DNA from: Candidatus Izemoplasmatales bacterium
GTDB lineage: Bacteria; Bacillota_I; Bacilli_A; Izemoplasmatales; Hujiaoplasmataceae
DNA: 20,386 nt
Assembly: GCA_050177605.1 (NCBI GenBank)
Contig: JBFXGX010000030.1
Coordinates: 1-20,386 of the forward strand
Reading direction: 5' to 3'
Under the pieces are notes generated by a model. The model did not search any database. It saw only the letters and a program-made list of their open reading frames with translations, and was not told where the DNA came from. Of the stretch, positions 1 to 8,225 are shown one piece after another. Numbering within the stretch: position 1 is the stretch's first letter; the number at the start of each line of letters is the position of its first letter. The translations under genes and the position numbers were made by a program.

Positions 1-34
1 GTTTATCCTGAGCCAGGATCAAACTCTCCATTCA
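1..34 (-). rRNA. rrs: 16S rRNA gene, 5' end only (continues beyond the left edge)
   Basis: Reverse complement of 8..27 is AGAGTTTGATCCTGGCTCAG, the universal 27F site, followed by GATAAAC. The mature 5' end near 34 is estimated from E. coli numbering (27F = positions 8-27). Confidence 0.96.
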
Positions 35-105
35 ATATGAATAAGTTTTTCTTAACTCATTTAATGTTAAACTCTTTATTGTGGTTTTTGTTTATAATTT
101 GTATT

Positions 106-148
106 CTGTTTAGTTTTCAAAGACCTAGTTTGCGCATTTCTCACGCGC
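106..148 (-). promoter_or_regulatory. rRNA leader: short 5' hairpin (boxB-like) followed by boxA antitermination/processing-stalk sequence
   Basis: Minus strand 125..106 reads GGTCTTTGAAAACTAAACAG, matching the Firmicutes rRNA-leader TCTTTGAAAACT motif. Minus strand 148..132 GCGCGT-GAGAA-ATGCGC can fold into a 6-bp hairpin with one G-U pair. Confidence 0.8.
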
Positions 149-154
149 TTTTAT

Positions 155-183
155 ATTTTATCATAGACAAAATTTGATGTCAA
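155..183 (-). promoter_or_regulatory. sigma-A rRNA operon promoter
   Basis: TTGACA (183..178), 17-nt spacer, TAAAAT (160..155) preceded by TGn (extended -10). Predicted +1 is G near 148, as is typical of Firmicutes rrn promoters. Confidence 0.9.
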
Positions 184-260
184 CTATTATTTGCTCGAAA
201 TTGAGTAAAAAAATACTTTCATGAATAAGTTACAAGAATTCATGATTGTTTAAATTAGTG

Positions 261-291
261 AAAGAAAAAGGAGAAGTGAATACTTCTCCTT
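261..291 (-). terminator. Intrinsic terminator after rseP
   Basis: Minus strand AAGGAGAAGT-ATTC-ACTTCTCCTT followed by TTTCTTT, just downstream of the rseP stop. Confidence 0.85.
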
Positions 292-309
292 GAAAAGTGT
301 TGATTTTCA

Positions 310-1866
310 CTAAAATAATCGCAAAATATCGTTATAAGAGATGAAAATCATCAATCCGATTAACATAAAGAAGAAGACTGTGTTAATCCATCCCTCGACC
401 GACGGTTTAATTTTGCGTTTGGTTATTTTTTCATAGATCAAGAAGGTAATTCTACCACCATCAAGTGCTGGAATCGGAAGCAGGTTCACAACACCTAAAT
501 TCACTGAAAGTAATGCGACCCATCCCATCAAACTGAGGATTCCTTGACTAGCCGCAGCACTGGTAATACTATAGATTCCAATAAAGCCACTAAGATCAGA
601 AACACCAACTTGATCCCCTTTGATGACCAAAGCTAATGTTTTATAAATTGTAAGTACGCCACTACCAAATCTTGAGAACCCAGATTCAATGCCACCTAAT
701 AAACTAAAGTGGTTTCCTACAGCGATTCCAATTTGAGAAATAAATAAAGAATATCCCATTGCACTAAGTACATCTTCGCCATATGACACGTAAGAGAATG
801 TTAATTCTTCTCCATCGCGGTTCACCACGAGTACGGTTGGATTTTCATTTGTCGACCCTGTGGTATAGGATTTGGCATAAGTAATCACTTCTGCCCAAGT
901 AGTAAAAGAAATTCCATTGATTGATACAATCTCGTCTCCGGCTTTAATCTCTGATCCATTGTATAAAGGAGAGCCAATGTATAATCCATCTGTTAATGTA
1001 GGGTCTGAAGCAAAACCAAGTCCAAAGAATAAGTATTGAGGTGCGATAGGCGAAAGTTCAACTTCTACACCATCACGAATCACTGTTAAAACAAAAGTTG
1101 GATTTTCTTCTGTTTTAGAAAGTTCTGTGGTGACTGTAGCGATACTCTCACTACTTGTCCATGCATAGATATCAACACCATTGATTTTAACGATTTCGTC
1201 TCCAGGGAGTACAACGCCCGATGCTGGATAATTATCGGTTACTTGATTCACGACTGTCGAATCATAATTCGGTACACCGATAATCAGTGCTAGTGTCAAA
1301 TATAACACAAAAGCAAGTACAAGATTCATGAGCGGTCCACCGAACATGACTTTGAAACGTTCCCAAGCAGTTTTGTTATTAAAGTTACGATTGTAAGGAG
1401 CAATTTGAATCGAATTTTTTGTGAACACGTAGGAAGCATCTTTATTCACAATATATTCGTTGATATAGAGTTCATTTCCTTCTTTACCAAGTAAATCGAC
1501 TCTTTCTACTGTAACTTCCATGAAACCTTCAACTTTTGTCGCTTTTTTGCTCACGACAATCGCTTGAACATGGCCAACCTCATCGAATCCGAGTCTTACG
1601 GTGTCGCCAACTTTCACAACTTCACTTTCGATTTCTTCTCCGGCCATCGATACAAATCCACCAAATGGAATCGCACGAATAGAGTAAATCGTTTCGCCAA
1701 CTTTTTTACTCCAAAGTCTTGGTCCCATACCAAAGGCAAATTCGTGACAGAGAATTCCTGCTTTTTTCGCAAAATATAAATGTCCTAGTTCATGGATACA
1801 AATGACTAAACTAAGCACCAACATGAAAAGGATAATATTTAAAAATACGGATAATACTGCAACCAT
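310..1866 (-). CDS. rseP: RIP metalloprotease RseP/RasP (site-2 protease, M50), 518 aa
   Basis: HELGH zinc motif, FAFGMGP, PFGGFV, GGPLMN and NLLPIPALDGG motifs. Two PDZ-like GDEIVxING segments. Canonical position after uppS-cdsA-dxr, with RBS GAGG upstream. Confidence 0.95.
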   Translation of the reverse strand: MVAVLSVFLNIILFMLVLSLVICIHELGHLYFAKKAGILCHEFAFGMGPRLWSKKVGETIYSIRAIPFGGFVSMAGEEIESEVVKVGDTVRLGFDEVGHVQAIVVSKKATKVEGFMEVTVERVDLLGKEGNELYINEYIVNKDASYVFTKNSIQIAPYNRNFNNKTAWERFKVMFGGPLMNLVLAFVLYLTLALIIGVPNYDSTVVNQVTDNYPASGVVLPGDEIVKINGVDIYAWTSSESIATVTTELSKTEENPTFVLTVIRDGVEVELSPIAPQYLFFGLGFASDPTLTDGLYIGSPLYNGSEIKAGDEIVSINGISFTTWAEVITYAKSYTTGSTNENPTVLVVNRDGEELTFSYVSYGEDVLSAMGYSLFISQIGIAVGNHFSLLGGIESGFSRFGSGVLTIYKTLALVIKGDQVGVSDLSGFIGIYSITSAAASQGILSLMGWVALLSVNLGVVNLLPIPALDGGRITFLIYEKITKRKIKPSVEGWINTVFFFMLIGLMIFISYNDILRLF

Positions 1867-1891
1867 TTTGTACCTCTATTCTAATAAATAT

Positions 1892-3028
1892 TTAATATCG
1901 ATTTCTAATTTCCTGATCGATTTGAATTAATTGTTCTAAGGATGGATTTTCAATCCACTCGTGATGATTCATTTCTTTTTCTACGGTTCTTGCAATATCG
2001 TTAAATCCTATTTGATCATGCAAGAATAAATCAACGGCGACTTCATTTGCGGCGTTCAAAACGCAGGGCATACTTCCTCCCTTTTTTGCCGCGATCATCG
2101 CTAGTGTAAAGCAAGGATAGTTCTCAATTGGTATGCTCTCAAAATGAAGTGTAGCCACTTTGGTTAAATCTAAAGCTTCGACCACTGCTTCTTTTCTTTC
2201 TGGGTAAAATAAAGCATACTCAATCGGTAACTTCATATCATGACTCGATAGTTGAGCGATGATCGAGTGATCAACATACTCAACCATGGAATGAACAATA
2301 CTTTCTGGATGAAGGATGGCTTCAATCTGGTCAAGTCCTAAATCAAACAAATGCATCGCTTCAATGATTTCAAATCCTTTATTCATCAAAGTCGCAGAAT
2401 CAATAGTAATCTTATTCCCCATGGTCCAGTTTGGATGCTTTAAAGCTTCTTCTTTGGTTACATGTTCAAGTTCTTCGACTTTCTTCCCACGAAAACTACC
2501 ACCAGAAGCTGTAATAATTACTTTATGAATCGATTCTTTCTTTTCACCATTGAAACATTGCCAAAGTGCAGAATGCTCTGAGTCAATTGGGTAAATGTGA
2601 ACTTGATTGTCATGTGCAAGTTTCTTGACTAAATCACCACCTACAACTAAAGTTTCTTTATTTGCAAGGGCAATGTCTCTCTTGATTTTGATTGCTTCTA
2701 GGGTTGGAACGAGTCCACTCATGCCAACTAAAGCATTCACTAGTAGAGCATTGTCGTCTTTTGGTTGAAACGTTGCCGCGTGGATTAAGGACTCTTTCCC
2801 ATAACCAATCACGATATTTTCAAACATGTCGGATAATCTATCCGCATCTTCTTTGGATTCAACACTGACAAATTTGGGTTCATATTTAAAGATTAAGTCT
2901 ATCAAATCAGAAATTCTGGTTCTTGCGGAAAGTGTAATCACTTTAAATTCGTTTGGATATGCATCGACAATTTCTAGCGTTTGTCTTCCGATAGAACCCG
3001 TTGCGCCTAAGATATATAAATTTTTCAT
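1892..3028 (-). CDS. dxr: 1-deoxy-D-xylulose-5-phosphate reductoisomerase
   Basis: GATGSIG NADPH motif, LANKE, DSEHSA, TASGG, HPNWTMG and KITIDSATLMNKGFE. Start overlaps the cdsA stop. Confidence 0.97.
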   Translation of the reverse strand: MKNLYILGATGSIGRQTLEIVDAYPNEFKVITLSARTRISDLIDLIFKYEPKFVSVESKEDADRLSDMFENIVIGYGKESLIHAATFQPKDDNALLVNALVGMSGLVPTLEAIKIKRDIALANKETLVVGGDLVKKLAHDNQVHIYPIDSEHSALWQCFNGEKKESIHKVIITASGGSFRGKKVEELEHVTKEEALKHPNWTMGNKITIDSATLMNKGFEIIEAMHLFDLGLDQIEAILHPESIVHSMVEYVDHSIIAQLSSHDMKLPIEYALFYPERKEAVVEALDLTKVATLHFESIPIENYPCFTLAMIAAKKGGSMPCVLNAANEVAVDLFLHDQIGFNDIARTVEKEMNHHEWIENPSLEQLIQIDQEIRNRY

Positions 3029-3840
3029 AGGGCAGCGCTCATCACTAAGTAAAGCAGTGTAAAGGATAAACTGACAAAAATCATTGAATCAAATCGATCG
3101 AGTATTCCTCCGTGTCCAGGTAATAAAGCAGAATAGTCTTTGACATCACTATCTCGCTTAAATTTTGAGGCAACTAGGTCCCCTATTTGACCCAGGATAG
3201 AAATGAAGAAACTAATGATTAAAATCCAAACAAAATGAAGATCAAGAACAGGGAAAAACAAAGCAAAAATCGTTCCAATTCCGCCACCAAAGATAAATCC
3301 AGCAATACTGCCTTCTACAGATTTCTTTGGACTAATAAGCGGTGCAATTTTGTGTTTACCATACTTGACGCCAAAAAGATAAGCAAAGGTATCGGTAAAT
3401 ATCGCAATCAGTATTACATAGAGAACGGTGGTAATGCCTAAATCTCTTAAAAAAGAGATGGACGCAAATCCTAAGGATGCATAGTAAATGACAACAAATC
3501 CTTTTCCAAATTCAATTGAATCATAGTTTTTTACAAATACTAAGAAGAACATTTGAATGAAGAAAATACTTAAGAATGAAATAAAGAAAATATTCCAAGG
3601 AAGCACTTCTGTAAGAGCATAGTAAAACACAGTTCCAGTCACTAAAGACGCTGCAATATAAAATCCAGTGAGCCAAGTAGGAAGTGACTTTCCTTTTTGA
3701 AATACAGTCGTTAATTCATAACTAGCTAAACCAATCAAAACAAGAATGAGTAAATTAAAGATTTGATAGGTATTGCCAATGATTAAAATAGGGATTAATA
3801 CAAGCGCCATAACAAACGCAGTGAGTGTTCTTTGTTTCAT
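3025..3840 (-). CDS. cdsA: Phosphatidate cytidylyltransferase
   Basis: Polytopic membrane protein with DTFAY, ISPKKSVEG, GDLVASKFKR and PGHGGILDRFDS motifs. ATGA overlap with uppS. Confidence 0.96.
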   Translation of the reverse strand: MKQRTLTAFVMALVLIPILIIGNTYQIFNLLILVLIGLASYELTTVFQKGKSLPTWLTGFYIAASLVTGTVFYYALTEVLPWNIFFISFLSIFFIQMFFLVFVKNYDSIEFGKGFVVIYYASLGFASISFLRDLGITTVLYVILIAIFTDTFAYLFGVKYGKHKIAPLISPKKSVEGSIAGFIFGGGIGTIFALFFPVLDLHFVWILIISFFISILGQIGDLVASKFKRDSDVKDYSALLPGHGGILDRFDSMIFVSLSFTLLYLVMSAAL

Positions 3841-4565
3841 TTGATTGCACCAAAGCGTCTTTCTCTTTGATTAAAATCAAGAATCGCTTTTTCTAAATCC
3901 TTCTTTGAGAATGCTGGCCAGAATACTGGTGTGAAATAAAGTTCCGCATAAGCTGCTTGCCATAACAAGAAATTGCTTAAGCGTTGTTCTCCACTTGGTC
4001 TGATTAAAAGATCAAGAGGAGGAAGATCTTTCGTTGATAGTTTACTTGAAATTAAATCTGTATTGATATCATCAAGACTTAATGCACCCGAATTCACTTC
4101 ATCTGCGATTTCTTTCACGGCTGTAATGATTTCATCATAACTTCCGTAGTCAAAACAGATATTTAAAACCATACCATTTCGATTTTTGGTATCTTCAATC
4201 ATTCGGTTCATAATCTCAAGATTTTCTTTTGATACTTTCGTTTTTCTTCCTGAAAATAGGACTTTAATATCATACTTTTCAAAATCGTTTTTAAATAATC
4301 GCTCAAATTCAGAAGGAAGGGTCATTAAGTAATCCACTTCTGCTTGTGGTCGGTTCCAGTTTTCTGTCGAAAAGGCATAAACTGTTAATGCTTTTACGCC
4401 GAGTGAAGACGCTGCTAAAGCAATCGTCTTAATGTTTTCAACGCCCACTTTGTGACCGAATGTTCTTGGCATATGACGCTTTTTTGCCCATCTGCCGTTC
4501 CCATCTAGTATAATCGCGATATGTTTTGGAATTGTGATGTTTTCTTTGGTTATTTTTGATTTCAT
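3837..4565 (-). CDS. uppS: cis-prenyltransferase (undecaprenyl/polyprenyl diphosphate synthase)
   Basis: PKHIAIILDGNGRWA, YAFSTENW, LLIRPSGEQRLSNFLLWQ and RRFG motifs. Start moved to ATG 4565, 6 nt after SD GAGGGGT; ATG 4571 is an alternative. Confidence 0.95.
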   Translation of the reverse strand: MKSKITKENITIPKHIAIILDGNGRWAKKRHMPRTFGHKVGVENIKTIALAASSLGVKALTVYAFSTENWNRPQAEVDYLMTLPSEFERLFKNDFEKYDIKVLFSGRKTKVSKENLEIMNRMIEDTKNRNGMVLNICFDYGSYDEIITAVKEIADEVNSGALSLDDINTDLISSKLSTKDLPPLDLLIRPSGEQRLSNFLLWQAAYAELYFTPVFWPAFSKKDLEKAILDFNQRERRFGAIK

Positions 4566-4589
4566 CTTCATACCCCTCATTAAGTAACT

Positions 4590-4618
4590 ATTATACACTA
4601 TTATCTTCTTTTTTTCTA
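4590..4618 (-). promoter_or_regulatory. Probable sigma-A promoter of uppS-cdsA-dxr-rseP
   Basis: TAGAAA (4618..4613), 17 nt, perfect TATAAT (4595..4590). Lies just after the frr terminator. Confidence 0.65.
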
Positions 4619-4630
4619 TTTTTCATTACC

Positions 4631-4662
4631 AAAAAAATATAAGACTATTTCTAGTCTTATAT
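4631..4662 (-). terminator. Intrinsic terminator overlapping the frr stop codon
   Basis: Minus strand ATATAAGACTA-GAAA-TAGTCTTATAT followed by a T-run; GNRA tetraloop. Confidence 0.8.
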
Positions 4663-5214
4663 GCTCATGATTTCTACTTCTTTTTCTTTGAAAGCTTTAT
4701 CGATTTCCGCAATGAATTTGTCCGTTAATTTTTGAACTTCTTCTTCGTAGTATTTTAAATCGTCTTCAGTTAAAGCTTTGTCTTTTTCCATTTTCTTAAA
4801 ATGTGTAATCGCGTCCCGTCTGATATTACGAATCGCAACCTTATCATCTTCAGACATTTTATGAATTGTTTTTACACTTTCACGACGTTTTTCTTCAGTC
4901 AGTGGTGGAAGTACGATACGTACTCCAATTCCATCGTTTGACGGTGTTACCCCAAGATTTGCCGCAAAAATTGCTTTTTCAATTTTGGACACGAGGGATT
5001 TGTCATAAGGTTTAATGTAGATTTGATTTCCTTCTGGAACACTTACAGAAGAAACTTGGTTAATCGGTGTTTCAACTCCATAATAATCAACCATGACTCT
5101 TTCTAACATTTTTGGGTTCGCTCTTCCACTACGTACAGTCGCAAAGTTCTTGTGCATTGAAACGAGCGTATGTTCCATTCTTTCTTCAGCTTCCATTAAA
5201 ATTGTTTCAGGCAT
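4657..5214 (-). CDS. frr: Ribosome recycling factor, 185 aa
   Basis: VRSGRANP, VDYYG, PPLTEEKR and AIRNIRRDA motifs. Start moved to ATG 5214 after SD AAGGAG. Confidence 0.97.
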   Translation of the reverse strand: MPETILMEAEERMEHTLVSMHKNFATVRSGRANPKMLERVMVDYYGVETPINQVSSVSVPEGNQIYIKPYDKSLVSKIEKAIFAANLGVTPSNDGIGVRIVLPPLTEEKRRESVKTIHKMSEDDKVAIRNIRRDAITHFKKMEKDKALTEDDLKYYEEEVQKLTDKFIAEIDKAFKEKEVEIMSI

Positions 5215-5227
5215 GTCTCTCACTCCT

Positions 5228-5941
5228 TTATTTTTTAATCATCGTGCCGATTTCTTCTCCGAGGACAGCACGTTTGATGTTTCCTGGTTTATTCATATCG
5301 AATACATAGATATCGATATTGTTGTCGTTGCAAAGTGCAGCGGCAGTTGAATCCATCACTTGTAATTCTTTTTGTAAAACTTCTTGATGTGTTAATTCTT
5401 TGTATTTTACGGAGTCATGATAGATTTGAGGATCTTTATCATAAACTCCATCTGTTCCATTTTTTGCCATATAGATAATCGATGCGCCAAGTTCTGCGGC
5501 TCTTAGTGCACTTGTTGTATCTGTAGAGAAGTATGGATTCCCAGTTCCTCCACCGAAGATAACAATGCGATCTTTTTCTAAATGAGATAAGGCTTTGCGT
5601 CGAATATAAGGTTCAGCTACCTCAGGAATATTCAAACTAGTCATTACTCTTGTGTCAACGCCTAAAGCTTCTAAACTGTTTTGTAATGCAAGTGCATTGA
5701 GGATGGTACCAATCATTCCCATGTAATCAGCGCTGGATCTTTCAATGCCCATTTCGCTCGCAAGTTTTCCACGGAAGATATTTCCCCCACCAACGACGAT
5801 GCCGATTTCACAAAGGTTTAAATCGTAAGCGTCTTTGATTTCTTTTGCAATGTGTTTGACGGTAAGTGGATCAATACCAATACCACTTTTTCCAGATAAG
5901 GCTTCACCACTTAATTTAATCATAATTCGTTTTTTTGACAT
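5228..5941 (-). CDS. pyrH: UMP kinase, 237 aa
   Basis: [38 protein letters not shown] and VMDSTA motifs. Start moved to ATG 5941 after SD AAGGAGG. Confidence 0.97.
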   Translation of the reverse strand: MSKKRIMIKLSGEALSGKSGIGIDPLTVKHIAKEIKDAYDLNLCEIGIVVGGGNIFRGKLASEMGIERSSADYMGMIGTILNALALQNSLEALGVDTRVMTSLNIPEVAEPYIRRKALSHLEKDRIVIFGGGTGNPYFSTDTTSALRAAELGASIIYMAKNGTDGVYDKDPQIYHDSVKYKELTHQEVLQKELQVMDSTAAALCNDNNIDIYVFDMNKPGNIKRAVLGEEIGTMIKK

Positions 5942-5962
5942 CGTTATCCTCCTTATTTTTTC

Positions 5963-5988
5963 AAAAAAAGGACACAAATGTGTCCCTT
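5963..5988 (-). terminator. Terminator-like hairpin between tsf and pyrH
   Basis: Minus strand GGACAC-ATTT-GTGTCC followed by T7, immediately after the tsf stop. Confidence 0.75.
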
Positions 5989-5990
5989 AA

Positions 5991-6881
5991 TTATTTAACT
6001 TGTGACATTACTTCTTCAGCAAAGTTTTCTTCTTTCTTTTCAATACCTTCACCAACGGCTAAACGTTTAAAAGAAACAATGGCTGCGCCTTTGCTTTTTA
6101 CGTATACTTCAACAGTTTGATCAGGGTTTTTGATAAATGGTTGGTTTACTAAGCAAATTTCTTTTAAGTTTTTATTTAAACGTCCTTCAACCATCTTTAA
6201 GATGATGTTTTCAGGTTTTGGTTTTGCAGATTCAGCATTTTCGTTTAATGCTTCTTTTGTTAAAATTTCTCTTTCGTGTTCAATCACTTCAGCAGCGATA
6301 TCATCTTGAGATAAATATTTAGGATTGGAAGCAGCAACATGCATTGCAACATCTTTCGCTGTTTCAAAATCGCCACCGTTAAGAACGGATAAAGAAGCGA
6401 TTTTTCCGCCTAAGTGAATGTAGTAACCAAACGTTTGAGCGTCTGTTTTTGTTACTGATTCAAAACGACGAATCGTAATGTTTTCTCCAATAGCAGAAAC
6501 ACTTTCAAGTAATAAATCTTTTAATGCTTTTCCGTCTACTAAGACTTCTAAAGCTTCTTCTGTTGTAGTTGCATTACTATTTAATAATCCTTCACTTACC
6601 TTTTTAACTAATGCTGTAAATTTTTCGTTTTGTGCAACGAAGTCTGTTTCACAATTAAGTTCGAAGATCACAGCTCTATTATCTGAAACTGCAACTTCAC
6701 AAACACCTTCTGCAGCAATTCTTGAAGCTTTCTTAGCAGCTTTTGAAATTCCTTTTTCTCTTAACCAGTCAACGGCAGCATCGATGTTTCCATCTGTCTC
6801 TACAAGAGCTTTCTTGCAGTCCATCATACCGGCACCTGTTTTATCACGTAGTTCTTTTACTAAACTAGCAGTAATTTCCAT
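5991..6881 (-). CDS. tsf: Elongation factor Ts, 296 aa
   Basis: [33 protein letters not shown] and AMHVAA motifs. Start moved to ATG 6881 after SD AAGGAGG. Confidence 0.98.
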   Translation of the reverse strand: MEITASLVKELRDKTGAGMMDCKKALVETDGNIDAAVDWLREKGISKAAKKASRIAAEGVCEVAVSDNRAVIFELNCETDFVAQNEKFTALVKKVSEGLLNSNATTTEEALEVLVDGKALKDLLLESVSAIGENITIRRFESVTKTDAQTFGYYIHLGGKIASLSVLNGGDFETAKDVAMHVAASNPKYLSQDDIAAEVIEHEREILTKEALNENAESAKPKPENIILKMVEGRLNKNLKEICLVNQPFIKNPDQTVEVYVKSKGAAIVSFKRLAVGEGIEKKEENFAEEVMSQVK

Positions 6882-6910
6882 GGTTAAATCCTCCTTATAA
6901 TTCAATAATT

Positions 6911-6940
6911 AATATATCATAATTTCATACTGTTTGACAA
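6911..6940 (-). promoter_or_regulatory. Possible internal promoter for tsf
   Basis: TTGTCA (6940..6935), 18 nt ending in TGA, then TATATT (6916..6911). Located between the rpsB hairpin and the tsf RBS. Confidence 0.5.
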
Positions 6941-6950
6941 TGATTTTTCT

Positions 6951-6973
6951 ATAAAAAGGGAGCAACTGCTCCC
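6951..6973 (-). terminator. Terminator-like hairpin after rpsB
   Basis: Minus strand GGGAGC-AGTT-GCTCCC followed by TTTTTAT, 4 nt after the stop codon. Confidence 0.8.
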
Positions 6974-6977
6974 AAGA

Positions 6978-8018
6978 TTATTTAACTTCTTTAATCTTTT
7001 CAATTAAGTCTGCTTTTTTAAGAGCAGAAATACCAGTTAAACCTAATTCTTTTGCGATTTCTTTTAATTCCGCAACAGTTTTTGCTTCGTAATCAACTGC
7101 AGGAGCTGCAGGTGCTACTTTAACTTCTTCTTTTTTAGGTTCTACTTTGACAACTGGTTCAGCTTTTGGAGCTGGTTTAGCAACTTCTTTTTTAGGTTCT
7201 ACTTTAACTTCAACCTTTTTTTGAGGTGCTGGTTTTGGTTCAACAACTTTTTTCACTGGTGCTGGTTTTACTTCTTCTTCGATTTCTTCGACTTCGTCAT
7301 CTTCTTCAACTTCTTCTTCAGCATCTGCTAAGATAACGCCACCGTTTGCTTCGATAACAGCGTCAGCCATTTTTCCAACGATTAATTTAACACTTCTTAA
7401 AGCGTCATCATTAGCTGGAATAATATAATCAACATCATCTGGATCACAGTTTGTATCAACAATACCGAATACAGGGATATTTAAGATTCTTGCTTCTAAG
7501 ATTGCATTTCTTTCTTTTCTTGGGTCGATAATGAATAATGCTTGTGGAATAGATTTCATTTCTTTAATTCCACCTAAGAATTTTTCTAAACGATCCATTT
7601 CTTTTCTTAAGTTGATAACTTCTTTTTTAGGAAGAACTTTGAAAGTTCCGTCTTCTTCCATTTTGTATAAATCTTGTAATTTCTTGATTGATTTTTTGAT
7701 TGTCTTGAAGTTTGTTAATGTTCCACCAAGCCATCTTTTGTCAACGAAGTATTGTCCAGAACGAATTGCTTCTTCTTTGACTGGATCTTGAGATTGTTTC
7801 TTTGTTCCAACGAAAAGAACTTTTCCGCCTTCACTTGCGATATCGAATAATGCTTTGTAAGCTACATCGATGCAGTCGCTTGTTTTTTGTAAATCGATAA
7901 TGTGGATACCATTACGTGATGTGTAAATGTACTTTGCCATTTTAGGATTCCATCTACGTGTTTGATGTCCGAAATGCACACCTGCTTCTAACAGGCTTTT
8001 CATTGAGATAACACCCAT
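6978..8018 (-). CDS. rpsB: 30S ribosomal protein S2 with long C-terminal extension, 346 aa
   Basis: [35 protein letters not shown] and PANDDA motifs. The S2 core ends near aa 225 and is followed by an acidic/PKV-rich linker and a small helical domain. Confidence 0.98.
   Translation of the reverse strand: MGVISMKSLLEAGVHFGHQTRRWNPKMAKYIYTSRNGIHIIDLQKTSDCIDVAYKALFDIASEGGKVLFVGTKKQSQDPVKEEAIRSGQYFVDKRWLGGTLTNFKTIKKSIKKLQDLYKMEEDGTFKVLPKKEVINLRKEMDRLEKFLGGIKEMKSIPQALFIIDPRKERNAILEARILNIPVFGIVDTNCDPDDVDYIIPANDDALRSVKLIVGKMADAVIEANGGVILADAEEEVEEDDEVEEIEEEVKPAPVKKVVEPKPAPQKKVEVKVEPKKEVAKPAPKAEPVVKVEPKKEEVKVAPAAPAVDYEAKTVAELKEIAKELGLTGISALKKADLIEKIKEVK
7127..7205. repeat. 22-nt direct repeat (2 copies) in the rpsB linker, encoding KVEPKKE
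   Basis: CTTCTTTTTTAGGTTCTACTTT at 7127..7148 and 7184..7205. Confidence 0.85.
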
Positions 8019-8055
8019 TGTTTTTTAATTCTCCTTATATTTTTTGATTTTTTTT

Positions 8056-8124
8056 GCCTCCACCACGGTCAACGCTAGTTACCACCCTATCGGGCTCACG
8101 GCCATTTGCTCGGTGATGTGTGTA
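8056..8124 (-). ncRNA. rpsB 5' leader (t44 / S2 autoregulatory RNA-like)
   Basis: GC-rich island in an AT-rich 5' UTR. It begins ACACAC and ends GGAGG, as t44-type leaders do. CATCAC (8118..8113) can pair with GTGGTG (8066..8061), and there is an internal GCCC-GATA-GGGT hairpin. Family assignment is by recognition, not a covariance search. Confidence 0.7.
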
Positions 8125-8141
8125 TTTTTTACGGCGTTAAT

Positions 8142-8170
8142 ATTGTAACAAATTTTTTGCTTTAAAGCAA
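8142..8170 (-). promoter_or_regulatory. sigma-A promoter of rpsB
   Basis: TTGCTT (8170..8165), 17 nt ending in TGT (extended -10), TACAAT (8147..8142). Confidence 0.8.
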
Positions 8171-8191
8171 GTATATTTTGCTGGTTCTGTA

Positions 8192-8225
8192 AGAAAAGAA
8201 AAAAACCACATCAAATCTGTGGTTT
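8192..8225 (-). terminator. Intrinsic terminator ending the atp-dut transcript
   Basis: Minus strand AAACCACA-GATTTGA-TGTGGTTT followed by TTTTCTTTTC; overlaps the dut stop. Confidence 0.8.

Noticed and set aside
6934..6962. Perfect TTGACA on the plus strand (possible antisense promoter into rpsB)
   Set aside because: No -10 at 16-18 nt spacing; the nearby TATAAA is only 10 nt away.
7095..7330. Repeats in the rpsB 3' region as a CRISPR array or mobile-element trace
   Set aside because: They are in-frame low-complexity coding repeats, with no regular repeat-spacer period and no cas or transposase genes.
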